Program-made: the position numbers and the translations under genes
Assembly: GCA_048213135.1 (NCBI GenBank)
Contig: PS015009.1
Span: forward strand, 496,001-560,000
Source: Reclinomonas americana ATCC 50394
Lineage: Eukaryota
Direction: 5' to 3'
DNA length: 64,000 nucleotides
Notes under the pieces: generated by a model
The model's input: only the letters and a program-made list of their open reading frames with translations
Databases searched by the model: none
What the model was told of the DNA's origin: nothing
Part shown: in pieces, positions 41,332 through 51,335 of the stretch
Layout of the letters: every line of letters begins with the position of its first letter
Position numbering within the stretch: the stretch's first letter is position 1

Positions 41332-44289
41332 TTGAGATACCTTTTCCTGATCGGTCTGCTGCTGGCCTCTGCAAGGCTGGCCGCCCGGCAACATCCGCTG
41401 CCGCTGGTTACTTATTCCATTACAGAGAAAGACGGGCTTTGCGATAACAACATCAACTGTTTTTTCCAAGACCACCGTGGTGTGATGTGGATGGGCACGG
41501 GTTACGGGCTCAACAGCATCGATGGTTCCGCGGTAAGAGCTTACCATTCCGGCACACCGGGCAAAGGGCTGAGCAACAACGCGGTGAATGATATTATTGA
41601 AGATGATCAGCAGGCACTGTGGCTGGCCACAGGGTACGGGCTGAATGCTTATGACCTGCGCACGGGGAGATTCTCTCATTATTTTATGCCGGATGTTACA
41701 GAATCTTCTAACAGGTTTTACTCGCTTTGCCTGTACAGGCAATACCTGTTCATTGGCACGGAGTATGGATTACTGCGGTTCGACAGGGTAACACATCAAT
41801 TTGTTCCTTACAACAACAAGAAGGGCAATGCGCAGGACAACCACATCAGCAAATTGTTTGCAGACAGTAAAAAAAGAATATGGATCGGCAGCTTCAATGG
41901 CTTGTGGTTGTTTGATCCTGCAGAGCAATCTTTTTCCCTGCAAAACAATTCAGCAGGCGAGTTGATCACCGATATTTATGAGGACCACCATGGCAAAATA
42001 TGGGCAGGTACCTGGGACAAAGGTTTGAAAAAACTGGATGAGGTAACGCACACTTTAATCACCTCGCTTCATTTCAGCAACAGCAGTACCAATGTTACTA
42101 CCATTACCGAATTGCAGGACACCAAAGGCAACTACAGCCTCTGGTGCGGCCCCGGCCCTTTTATATTGGACAGCAGCAACCATTCGTTCGCTATGGTAAC
42201 GCCCGGAAAAAAGAATGACCGGGAACCCGTTACCTGCACCCGTCTTTATACAGACAGGAACAAACTGCTGTGGATGGGTACGAGTGAAGGTGTGAAGATA
42301 TATGACCCGGCACGGCAGTATTTCCGCACATATGTATTATCGGGGTACGTACCGCTTACTTCGCAGGGCATTTCGCTCTATCCGTTGAATGGCCGCTTTT
42401 TGCTTGGGGCTGAAGGCTCCAACGCACTGGGCTTGTATAACGACACCCTGAAAGTTTTGCGTAACCTCTCCTCGGTTATTCCTTCCGCCGCGGCGGTAAT
42501 GAATATTTACCGCGACAGGCAGGGTGATACCTGGCTCTGTACCTCGCAGGGACTGGTACAACTGGATTCATCGCTCAGGCAAAAAAAAGTATATCGTCAC
42601 AATGACAACGATCCTTCTTCCTTACCTAAGAATTTTCTCAACTGCTTTATTGAACGATCCAACGGCGAAAAATGGGTCATGCCCTGGCGGAAAGGGATCT
42701 GGCGTTTGGATGCCACCAGCGGGCATTTCAGCAGGATACTGCTTCCGTCGGGCGACACCCTTTTGCCGAACGCCAATATCTCCAAAGCCATGGAAGACGC
42801 GGATGGCAACACCTGGTTTACGGATTACTTCAATGGTCTGTACCGGCTCGATGCACGCAACGGAACACTGCGCCCCATCACCGGTAATATGCGCCTGACC
42901 AATATGGTGATGGATGGCGACAACCTGTGGACGGTTTCGGCACAAACGATCTACTGCACCGACACCCGTTCGGGCAAAACCAGGCAATGGCCCTTGCCGG
43001 AAGGAAAGAACAAATACGAGTACGACTGCATTATGGGTGATGGTGGCTGGTTGTGGATCGCCACACGTACGGGTTTGCTGGCTTTTCATACAGGCAGGCA
43101 TGTGTTCAAAAGTTATACGGAAGAAGATGGTCTGTTTACCGACAATATGGATGTAACGCTCACGCGGCTGTCGAATGGCAGCATCCTTTGCGCAGGCAAT
43201 ACCTATGCCACCGTTTTCTCACCCGGCATCATTGATCATGTACAACCTGTGCCAGCATTGATTTTTACCGGAGCCTCTACTGATAATGAAGAAAAGATCA
43301 TCAGCAACGATCGCATTTCCATTGCCTGGAACGAACACAATATTCGACTGACCTGGGCATTGGTCAACCTTTCCAACCCGCTGGCCAACCAGTACTACTG
43401 CAAAATGGAAGGCATTGACAAAGAATGGCGCTCAACCGGTCATAAGGGGGAGATGGTGTACAACAACCTGCCGGAGGGTTCTTATACTTTTTATTACCGC
43501 GCTGCCACATCTGACGGACTGGAAAGTGAGGTCAGAAGTATTCATATTGACGTGTATCCCCCCTTCTGGAAGAAGGCCTGGTTCCTGGTGCTTGTCATAC
43601 TTTTCACGTCTGTACTGTTCTATTTTATTGTCCGCTATATATCACAGCGTAACCTGAAAGAAAAATTGTTACGTCTGGAGAAAGAACAGGCCATTGAAAA
43701 AGAACGCAACCGCATCAGCCGTGATATGCACGACGAACTGGGCAGCGGCCTCACCAAAATAGCCATACTCAGTGAAGTGGTGAAACAACAGGGAGGAACC
43801 GACAGGCAATCTGTAGACAAGATCAGCGACACGGCAAGAGGATTGATTGACAACCTCGATGAAATGGTGTGGGCCCTGAACCCACGTAACGATTCGTTCG
43901 ATAAACTCATCGCCTACATCGCCGAATATGCACACCAGTTCCTGGAAGGTACGGGCATTAACTGCGAAGTAAACCTGCCGCCCGACATTCCGCAGGACCC
44001 TGTTGGCGAGGAAAAGCGCAGGCACATTTTTATGGCCGTCAAAGAATTCCTCAACAACAGCGTAAAGCACAGCGGCACTAACAACATCAGCATTACACTG
44101 GGCATCCGCGAAAAAGAATTTGAATTGCTGTTGCAGGATGAGGGAAAAGGTTTCGATGCTTCTTTGGTCACCGGCCTGGGTAATGGGATAAAAAACATGG
44201 TGCAGCGTATAACTGAAGCGGGTGGCAGAACTGCTCTCCATTCGCAGGAAGGAAAGGGCACCAGCCTGCGTATTGTTTTTGATCGCTGA
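41332..44289 (+). CDS. Sensor histidine kinase with periplasmic beta-propeller (Reg_prop), Y_Y_Y domain and HisKA_3
   Basis: G.LW.GT..GL repeats; TM helix; ERNRISRDMHDELG; DEGKGF; TTG start supported by a TACATTTG -7 box at 41304-41311. Confidence 0.92.
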   Translation: MRYLFLIGLLLASARLAARQHPLPLVTYSITEKDGLCDNNINCFFQDHRGVMWMGTGYGLNSIDGSAVRAYHSGTPGKGLSNNAVNDIIEDDQQALWLATGYGLNAYDLRTGRFSHYFMPDVTESSNRFYSLCLYRQYLFIGTEYGLLRFDRVTHQFVPYNNKKGNAQDNHISKLFADSKKRIWIGSFNGLWLFDPAEQSFSLQNNSAGELITDIYEDHHGKIWAGTWDKGLKKLDEVTHTLITSLHFSNSSTNVTTITELQDTKGNYSLWCGPGPFILDSSNHSFAMVTPGKKNDREPVTCTRLYTDRNKLLWMGTSEGVKIYDPARQYFRTYVLSGYVPLTSQGISLYPLNGRFLLGAEGSNALGLYNDTLKVLRNLSSVIPSAAAVMNIYRDRQGDTWLCTSQGLVQLDSSLRQKKVYRHNDNDPSSLPKNFLNCFIERSNGEKWVMPWRKGIWRLDATSGHFSRILLPSGDTLLPNANISKAMEDADGNTWFTDYFNGLYRLDARNGTLRPITGNMRLTNMVMDGDNLWTVSAQTIYCTDTRSGKTRQWPLPEGKNKYEYDCIMGDGGWLWIATRTGLLAFHTGRHVFKSYTEEDGLFTDNMDVTLTRLSNGSILCAGNTYATVFSPGIIDHVQPVPALIFTGASTDNEEKIISNDRISIAWNEHNIRLTWALVNLSNPLANQYYCKMEGIDKEWRSTGHKGEMVYNNLPEGSYTFYYRAATSDGLESEVRSIHIDVYPPFWKKAWFLVLVILFTSVLFYFIVRYISQRNLKEKLLRLEKEQAIEKERNRISRDMHDELGSGLTKIAILSEVVKQQGGTDRQSVDKISDTARGLIDNLDEMVWALNPRNDSFDKLIAYIAEYAHQFLEGTGINCEVNLPPDIPQDPVGEEKRRHIFMAVKEFLNNSVKHSGTNNISITLGIREKEFELLLQDEGKGFDASLVTGLGNGIKNMVQRITEAGGRTALHSQEGKGTSLRIVFDR

Positions 44290-44295
44290 CTTTTT

Positions 44296-44311
44296 TACTA
44301 CCTGTGTAGTA
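44296..44311. promoter_or_regulatory. Candidate NarL-type operator TACTAC-N4-GTAGTA
   Basis: Perfect 6-4-6 inverted repeat upstream of the response regulator. Confidence 0.55.
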
Positions 44312-44347
44312 TGGTTTATTCACTTCTTTTACCGTAACATTGTCACC

Positions 44348-44971
44348 ATGAATATCAGGATCGCCATAGCTGAAGATGTGGATGAGATCAGGACCGGCCT
44401 GCAACTCATCATCAATGGCACTGCCGGTTATGAATGCGGTTGCGTATGCCGTAATGGCGATGAAGCATTGCGTCTTATCCCGGCCTATGCACCTGACGTG
44501 GTGCTGATGGACATCAACATGCCCGGCACGAACGGCGTGGAAGCGGTACGGCTTCTTAAACAGCAATTACCCGTCACGCAATTCATGATGTGTACCGTTT
44601 ATGAAGAAGACGAACATGTATTTGAATCATTGAAAGCAGGCGCTACAGGATATATCCTCAAAAAAACAGCGCCCGCCCGCCTGCTGGAAGCCATACAGGA
44701 AATATACAATGGCGGCTCGCCCATGAGCAGCACCATTGCCCGTAAAGTGCTTACTTCTTTCGCTGAACACCGGCCCGGGCTTCCGGTCGATGAACTTACC
44801 ACCCGTGAAAAAGAAATACTGCAACACCTGGGAAGAGGGCTTCAATATAAAGCGATAGCCGATCTTCTATCATTAAGCACAGAGACCGTGCGCACCCACA
44901 TCCGCAACATTTACGAGAAATTACAGGTACACAATAAGACCGAAGCCCTGCGCAAAGCTTACGGCCGTTAA
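44348..44971 (+). CDS. NarL/LuxR family response regulator
   Basis: PDVVLMDINMP; GATGYILK; LTTREKEIL..TVRTHIRNIYEKL. Confidence 0.95.
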   Translation: MNIRIAIAEDVDEIRTGLQLIINGTAGYECGCVCRNGDEALRLIPAYAPDVVLMDINMPGTNGVEAVRLLKQQLPVTQFMMCTVYEEDEHVFESLKAGATGYILKKTAPARLLEAIQEIYNGGSPMSSTIARKVLTSFAEHRPGLPVDELTTREKEILQHLGRGLQYKAIADLLSLSTETVRTHIRNIYEKLQVHNKTEALRKAYGR

Positions 44972-44990
44972 CTACTTTCTACTACTTTTT

Positions 44991-45006
44991 TACTACTCCC
45001 GTGTTA
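44991..45006. promoter_or_regulatory. Second candidate operator TACTAC-N4-GTGTTA
   Basis: Imperfect copy upstream of a TAGATTTG -7 box (45030-45037) and the OmpA operon. Confidence 0.45.
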
Positions 45007-45056
45007 TTGATGCGACTGACGCGTACGGATAGATTTGCATGCATAAACCACCATGT

Positions 45057-46073
45057 ATGAAAAAAATACTGACCGTACTCTTCTCCTTCCCGCTATTCTG
45101 CGCAGCACAGGAAATGAAGACCTACCAGAACTATGATTTTGTTGCCGGAGAAAAAATAATTTTCCAGGATGATTTCCGCAATGACCAGGATGGCGAGTTT
45201 CCCGCTCACTGGAAACTGGAAGGCGGGCAGGCCGTAGTGAACCAGCAGGGAGATGACCGTTTGCTGGCCGTGCTGAAATATTATACTGCTATGAGCCCGC
45301 TCATCAAAACAAAGAACTACCTGCCCGATGAATATACCATTGAGTTCGATACCTGGCTTGACGCGGCTTATGATTCCAATAACGGCATCAGCATCGGGTT
45401 CAGGAGTGGCGGCGAAAAAGTGGCAGTCATCACCACCAATCATGCTGCTTTCACCTGCGACTTCCCCGGTGGCCGGCTCAGCGGCGATCTGCCAAAAGCC
45501 GTTGCCGGCGACACTTATCACAACAAGTGGCACCACATCGCCATCGCCGTAAAAGGCAAACAACTGAAAGTGTATTGCGATCAGTACCGTATACTTACCG
45601 TTCCCGATAACAATTTCAAAGCCGTTTCCATTATCGTAAGCGGTGACGCCAGCGAGAATATGAACATGTATATCAAAAATTTCAAACTGGCCGCAGGCGG
45701 AGGTATGAATATGCTGGGCAAAAAATTCACCGATACCAAACTGGTTACCCATGGCATCAATTTCGATTACAACAAGGCCAGCATAAGAGCGGAAAGTATG
45801 GGCACTTTGAATATGATCGTACAACTGCTGAAAGATAATCCTGACGTCAAATTTGAGATCGGCGGGCATACCGACAGTGATGGCGACAATGCTTATAACC
45901 TCAAACTCTCCCAGCAAAGAGCCGACGCGGTAAAGGAGCAACTGGTAAAGATGAAGATCGATGCATCAAGACTCACCTGCAAAGGTTATGGCGAGACGAA
46001 ACCCATCGGCGAAAACAACACCCCCGAAGGGAAGGCCAATAACCGCCGTGTTGAGTTTGTTGTGATCAAATAA
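45057..46073 (+). CDS. OmpA-family peptidoglycan-binding protein with N-terminal beta-sandwich domain
   Basis: Signal peptide; GHTD..N.KLSQQRA and NNRRVEF motifs. Confidence 0.92.
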   Translation: MKKILTVLFSFPLFCAAQEMKTYQNYDFVAGEKIIFQDDFRNDQDGEFPAHWKLEGGQAVVNQQGDDRLLAVLKYYTAMSPLIKTKNYLPDEYTIEFDTWLDAAYDSNNGISIGFRSGGEKVAVITTNHAAFTCDFPGGRLSGDLPKAVAGDTYHNKWHHIAIAVKGKQLKVYCDQYRILTVPDNNFKAVSIIVSGDASENMNMYIKNFKLAAGGGMNMLGKKFTDTKLVTHGINFDYNKASIRAESMGTLNMIVQLLKDNPDVKFEIGGHTDSDGDNAYNLKLSQQRADAVKEQLVKMKIDASRLTCKGYGETKPIGENNTPEGKANNRRVEFVVIK

Positions 46074-46084
46074 AACTACTGCGC

Positions 46085-46711
46085 ATGAAAAGAGTACTCA
46101 TTACCGGCAGCACTTTACTGATGCTGCTGCAGGAAGTCCGTTCGCAAACCATACCCAACGGCGATTTTAAAAAATGGGGCAATGAATATGATAAGTGCCC
46201 CGCAGGCTGGGGTTGCAATAATGATGAAGATTGTCCTGGTAAAGTAACGCAGGCCGACAAAGTAAAAGGCGGCGCCAAACTGACTGTGACCCATTGCTGG
46301 GATATTAAAAAAGACGACAGGAGTAATAATGTTAATCTTAACTACGATGACCTTACTGCCAAGATACCCAAAGGCAAAAAGGCGAAGATCAGTTTTGATT
46401 ACAGTTATACACCCGTTGGCAGCGACCAGGCTTATATCAAAATTGATGTCGACATACAGGAAGAACTGGAAGAAGCTCCCGCTTTTGTCTACAACAACGC
46501 TGCCGAAGGGTGGCTAAAACCCGCTACCGCCGGGCATATGGAATGCTATATCAACTTCTCTCCCGCATCGGGGAAAAACTTTACTGCACCGCAATCCGTC
46601 TTTGCCAATTCCATTCGCACCACATTCGGCATTATGCCTGCTTCCGGCAAGACCGATGTAAACAAAGGCAGCACCCTCATCATTAATCATGTCAAATTCA
46701 CCGTAGAATGA
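46085..46711 (+). CDS. Secreted Cys-containing hypothetical protein (carbohydrate-binding-module-like)
   Basis: Signal peptide; IPNGDFKKW..PAGW start typical of CBM-like domains. Confidence 0.55.
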   Translation: MKRVLITGSTLLMLLQEVRSQTIPNGDFKKWGNEYDKCPAGWGCNNDEDCPGKVTQADKVKGGAKLTVTHCWDIKKDDRSNNVNLNYDDLTAKIPKGKKAKISFDYSYTPVGSDQAYIKIDVDIQEELEEAPAFVYNNAAEGWLKPATAGHMECYINFSPASGKNFTAPQSVFANSIRTTFGIMPASGKTDVNKGSTLIINHVKFTVE

Positions 46712-47691
46712 TCAAAAAAATACAATTGCTCTTAGCGTTATGCCTGTCGGCAATACATGGTTTCGCCCAAAATAATTACGGTGTAAAAGGATTTTACCCG
46801 CAAAGCTTTACGCTAAGCGATACCGTAACCAGTGTAACCTATGGCACACTGAAAGCCGGTTTCGAGATCAGGGATACCGATACGGAAAGCAAAAAGAGTA
46901 ATCAAAGCCGTTACAAAATCTACTTCTACCTGACCAATACCGGCACCGAAGCGAAGATCATGTACAGGAATATGAGTTTTCTTGGTCATGCTGGGCCTAT
47001 CAACAACAACATTGCCCAGTTCAATTGCAGCAATGCCACCGGTGCACGCCTCACCAACAAAATGGCTACCATGGAAATGCAGCCCTGCGTGATGGAAGGC
47101 ACCGTAACGGAAAAAGACTGTAGCTCGGGTAAAGAAGTGCAGAATACCAAGCTGGTAAATATCGGTTACTGGATAAAGCCGGGCGAAACAATTTCCAAGA
47201 CCTATCCCATGTATGTACCGCAAAATGAAAGGCCAAAAATATCGGTGACCTTCTACCCCGAAGTGGCTAACCAGACCGGTGGTTTTATGCAGGTGAACAG
47301 CCAGCAGGTTAACCCGCAAAATTTTGCACGCGTCAAAAACTTCGCTTCCGGCACTTACCTCAACAACCAACCCGGCTACCTGCAGTGCTCCGTGATTGAG
47401 AATGGCTGGTGGAGCGCCGATTGGGAGATCAGCCCTGTTTCGGGAACAGAAAATTTTTACATCCGCAACCGCTGGAAAAATAATTACCTGTCGGCCACCA
47501 ATGGCTGGCTGACGGAGGACGCCAATAACCCCGCTGCCATGTGGACCATCCAGGAAACCGGCATGCCCAACGTCTACTATATCAAAAATGTAAGCAACAA
47601 TGCCAGACTGTATGCAGAAGGCGGGCAGTTAAAGATATCCGGCAGTTTTATCAGCAACGATAACCTCAGCAAATGGCTGATCGAAAAATAA
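46708..47691 (+). CDS. Secreted protein with C-terminal ricin-B-like beta-trefoil
   Basis: Signal peptide; three IxN..L..W subrepeats (GWWSADW, AAMW, LSKW). Confidence 0.6.
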   Translation: MIKKIQLLLALCLSAIHGFAQNNYGVKGFYPQSFTLSDTVTSVTYGTLKAGFEIRDTDTESKKSNQSRYKIYFYLTNTGTEAKIMYRNMSFLGHAGPINNNIAQFNCSNATGARLTNKMATMEMQPCVMEGTVTEKDCSSGKEVQNTKLVNIGYWIKPGETISKTYPMYVPQNERPKISVTFYPEVANQTGGFMQVNSQQVNPQNFARVKNFASGTYLNNQPGYLQCSVIENGWWSADWEISPVSGTENFYIRNRWKNNYLSATNGWLTEDANNPAAMWTIQETGMPNVYYIKNVSNNARLYAEGGQLKISGSFISNDNLSKWLIEK

Positions 47692-47695
47692 AAAC

Positions 47696-48955
47696 ATGAA
47701 AATTTTTCTTTTACTGCTTACCTTCTCCATTATATACAGCGGCAGTTTCGCTCAGCGGGCCGCCACTAAAGCTGAACGCGATGAAGATGCCCGGGTACTG
47801 AAAGTGTTATCTGCCGCTATGCCACACAACCTGGAAGGTGGCTCAGAATCGGAGCGGTCTTTCGGCGAGTCCAGCCTGGAAGGATTGTCTGGTTTTCATA
47901 ACGACATGAACTTTACTACGCGGGACGTTTTCGATCACCAGTACACCATCAATTATTCTTTCACCCAGGCCATTCCTGAATTGAAAGACAAGGTGGAGGC
48001 AGCCCGCAGCAGGAATGACATCGAATACCTGATGGGTGTTTCGGAATGTGAGATAGGGATATGGGTGAACAGCACTTTTACAGCAGACAATTTTCCATAC
48101 GCCTCTTCTCCTGTAAAAAAGATCAGCAGGAGCTATTGCCCTGAAGTGTACCGCGATGAAAAAGGAAACCAGTTTACCTTTTTATTTTTTGGAAAGAACT
48201 GGTCAGTTACGCCCGCTTCTTACCAGTTCGACGACGGGTACAGTAAACCGCAAAACAGGTATACCCTGAAAACAAAGACCAGCCTGCATTATGGCACAGA
48301 CGTGCAAAGCATTATGGTCTACGTGAAGGGGCATGCCGATCTGGCCGACATCATCCTCAAACAGGTTGACTGGGCAGCCATCAGTCAACTCATCGGCACT
48401 GGCAGAATACAGGATGATGAAACAGAGTCTGACCTCAAAAAATATTTTCCAGAAAAAACGGTGGCACCCGTTGCCGGCAACAACACCCTTTCGTTTACGT
48501 ACATTGATAAAGACGGGGTGGAAAAACAATTCAGTATCAGTTCATCCAAACATGACCTGACCAACTGCGCCCTGCTGCGCAACCACAATGAGAATCCGAA
48601 AGTAATGCAGGAGGCGCATATTGATTTCCGCATAGCGGATGATAAAGACCCCAACAGGCTGTTCCACTTGTCCCTGCCCATCATACGCACAGCAGGAGCC
48701 GTTACCGCCACTTTTGAAAGCGACTACGATTACCAGGTCATGTGGCGGGGCAATACAGATGCCAGTCATTCTTTCAGTCCGGCCACCATTGAAATACAGC
48801 TGCTGAAATGGGCACCTGTTGGCGGTTTTATGGAAGGAACTTTTTCAGGAACTGCTACCATGAAAAACCACAATGACTTCTCTTCCGAAAAACCAGTATA
48901 TACGATTAAGAACGGGAAGTTCAGGATCAGAAGGATTCCCGACGAAATGAGATAA
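47696..48955 (+). CDS. Secreted hypothetical protein
   Basis: Signal peptide; long ORF within the operon; C-terminal EGTFSG..IKNGKF. Confidence 0.75.
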   Translation: MKIFLLLLTFSIIYSGSFAQRAATKAERDEDARVLKVLSAAMPHNLEGGSESERSFGESSLEGLSGFHNDMNFTTRDVFDHQYTINYSFTQAIPELKDKVEAARSRNDIEYLMGVSECEIGIWVNSTFTADNFPYASSPVKKISRSYCPEVYRDEKGNQFTFLFFGKNWSVTPASYQFDDGYSKPQNRYTLKTKTSLHYGTDVQSIMVYVKGHADLADIILKQVDWAAISQLIGTGRIQDDETESDLKKYFPEKTVAPVAGNNTLSFTYIDKDGVEKQFSISSSKHDLTNCALLRNHNENPKVMQEAHIDFRIADDKDPNRLFHLSLPIIRTAGAVTATFESDYDYQVMWRGNTDASHSFSPATIEIQLLKWAPVGGFMEGTFSGTATMKNHNDFSSEKPVYTIKNGKFRIRRIPDEMR

Positions 48956-48968
48956 CCGCGTTTAAATC

Positions 48969-50081
48969 ATGATCATGAAAAATATATTTTACGCCGTGCT
49001 GATATGGCTTTTGCCCTGTACACTCACAGCACAGCGGTACAACCCCGAAGCATTTGACCTGCAGCATAAAAAATACACCGCCGAAGCAGGAATGCTGTCG
49101 CTGATGGCGGAAAAGAGCCTGCTCGAATTGCGGGAAGTAACGATGATCACCGTTCGCGTCAACTGGGTGAACAGTGAAGAGGACATGACTGTTCCGCAGC
49201 AGTACGACTATCGTTTCCAGGACCCATCCAAAGCACCCTGGAAGATAACCGAATGGAAGATACTGGAAGGCACCGGCGAGTTACGCCCGGGTTCAGAAAA
49301 TTATTACGCCACGTTTACCGCCCCGGATAAAATGCCCGCCGGCAAACATGCCACCATACTGGTGACCCTTATGCCACAGGACCCCACCAAACCCAAAGTA
49401 CAGTTGCTGCAGACCATTTACCTGGCCGACAACGACAATGTATTTTATTTCGATTGCAAATACCTGGGCATTAACCAGGAGAAGTATGTGATCAAAGGCA
49501 ATGGCGGGGCGCTGGCATCAAGTGACGCTTCGGCAAAAAAAGTAAACCAGGAGAACAGGCAGGAAGCTATGAAGCAGGCTGCAGCCTATTACCAGAAAGC
49601 GATTGAGGCGGGCATCAAAACAGAAGCTCATGGTTTTGACCTGGATGCACTCACCAGCAATACCCGGGCCGTGTACGCGAAAGATGAAAACGTAACCACC
49701 ATTACCATCAACGACGATAAAGTAGCCATGGTGGCAGGAAAGGAATCCAATACGAAAAGGATATTCAACATCGTGCTGAGCATTCCCGGAAGATCAACAG
49801 GAACCTTTAAAATAAGATCAGATAAAAAGATAACCGCTTCGGTATTGCTGCCCAGGTCACTTATGGGCATCACCTGTGCCTGCGCTGAAGACCCTACAGA
49901 CCCCAATCATATACCGCCCACCTGCACCGGGGGTACCATCACCATCACCAAATACGACGACAAAATTGTGGAAGGTTATATCAGTGCCGGGCTGGAAGCG
50001 CAGGATTATACCAAAGATCCTCCGCCCACTTTTTACAGTACGATCAACGGGAAGTTTAAAGTGCTGGTGGCGAACAGGTGA
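48969..50081 (+). CDS. Secreted hypothetical protein
   Basis: Signal peptide; C-terminal GTITITKYD..VEG..INGKFKV. Confidence 0.75.
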   Translation: MIMKNIFYAVLIWLLPCTLTAQRYNPEAFDLQHKKYTAEAGMLSLMAEKSLLELREVTMITVRVNWVNSEEDMTVPQQYDYRFQDPSKAPWKITEWKILEGTGELRPGSENYYATFTAPDKMPAGKHATILVTLMPQDPTKPKVQLLQTIYLADNDNVFYFDCKYLGINQEKYVIKGNGGALASSDASAKKVNQENRQEAMKQAAAYYQKAIEAGIKTEAHGFDLDALTSNTRAVYAKDENVTTITINDDKVAMVAGKESNTKRIFNIVLSIPGRSTGTFKIRSDKKITASVLLPRSLMGITCACAEDPTDPNHIPPTCTGGTITITKYDDKIVEGYISAGLEAQDYTKDPPPTFYSTINGKFKVLVANR

Positions 50082-50188
50082 GCAATGATCAATTTCAAAC
50101 AAGCTGCTCAACAATTGACTTCTTCTGCATAATATAACTGCCGCTGCAACTATTGCAACGGCAGTATTGTTTTACATGGCTTGTTGCA

Positions 50189-50632
50189 CTACATTTCTTT
50201 GGGTTGTGTTACGCTGAACCAGTTGCCGCAACCGTCGAACATAACGGCCTCAATACCGTAGAACTGTTCTTTTGGTTCGCCCCTGAATTGCACACCTTTG
50301 CTTTTAAGTTCCTCATAAGTGGCCCGGCAATCGTTGGTGTGCATGACCCCGGCACCAAGGATCCCTTTTTGCAGAAGTACCCTGAAAGCGTTTCTGCTTT
50401 CCTCGTCTATTCCTTCAGGACAGGTTTCGGATTTGATCATACTTTCATGAAGAATGTCCATCAACACAATCTCCAGGTCGGGCTGCTCCGGCGGGTTGAG
50501 CGTCAGCCAGCGGAAGCCATTGCCCATGGGCGCATCAGTATTGACCTTAAAGCCCAGCGTATTGACATAGAAATCGTAGGCCTTTTGCTGGTCGAGAACA
50601 AAAAGCGTGGTGTGTGAGAATTTTGTGATCAT
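50189..50632 (-). CDS. VOC/glyoxalase family protein
   Basis: DQQKAYDFYVNTLGF, RWLT and DGCGNWF motifs. Confidence 0.9.
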   Translation of the reverse strand: MITKFSHTTLFVLDQQKAYDFYVNTLGFKVNTDAPMGNGFRWLTLNPPEQPDLEIVLMDILHESMIKSETCPEGIDEESRNAFRVLLQKGILGAGVMHTNDCRATYEELKSKGVQFRGEPKEQFYGIEAVMFDGCGNWFSVTQPKEM

Positions 50633-50720
50633 ACAACAATTGATTTTGTACCATGAAGATAGGATGGGAGACGGGTAACGATTTCTCGAATCTTGCTTTT
50701 TTACAAAGGACCGCCGGATG

Positions 50721-51143
50721 TTACAGGGAGCCGCCTACCTTATACTGATCGATAAAACAATGAGGGATGAAGCGTTTCGGTTGTTCCCGTATAAGTTTTT
50801 TCTTCAGCCAGGCAATATTGCGGTAGTACTGTGGTGAATAGCCGCTTTGTTTACTGAACAGGGTACTGAAGGAGCCCAGGCTTTCAAAACCAATGCTGTT
50901 GCAGGCGTCGGTAATACTGATGCCTTCCCGGGCCAGTAATACTTTGGCAGCTTCAAGACGGGTATAGGTAAGGTATTGATGCGGTGTTTTTTTGTAGATG
51001 CGGGTAAAGAGCCGATGAAAATGGAACCGCGACATGAACGCCTGCTTCGCCACCGCGTCGAGATTAACAGGCATATGGAAATTTTCATCGATGAAAATTT
51101 TTGCCCGGGCAATACGCTGGTATGTATCTGTGGAGATTTGCAA
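50721..51143 (-). CDS. Single-domain AraC family regulator
   Basis: SRFHFHRLF..TPHQYL..GFESLGSFS; TTG start inferred. Confidence 0.88.
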   Translation of the reverse strand: MQISTDTYQRIARAKIFIDENFHMPVNLDAVAKQAFMSRFHFHRLFTRIYKKTPHQYLTYTRLEAAKVLLAREGISITDACNSIGFESLGSFSTLFSKQSGYSPQYYRNIAWLKKKLIREQPKRFIPHCFIDQYKVGGSL

Positions 51144-51277
51144 AGCGAGATAAAAGTAAGAATTTGTTTTTTGTTTAAAAATCACCCGGTGCTGTATTAA
51201 GTTCCAAGGCAAATATTCCGAGAGACGGGGCACTTGTCACAAATAATTCTATCGGATTATACCTTGCATCAGTCGCC

Positions 51278-51332
51278 TCCCACACCGCCGGTGGGTATCT
51301 GTACTATATACTCACTACTTGCTACTCTCTAC
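51278..51332 (+). repeat. 55-bp repeat, copy 2
   Basis: Direct repeat of 41238-41292; lies next to the stop codon of the MBL-fold gene. Confidence 0.8.
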
Positions 51333-51335
51333 TCA

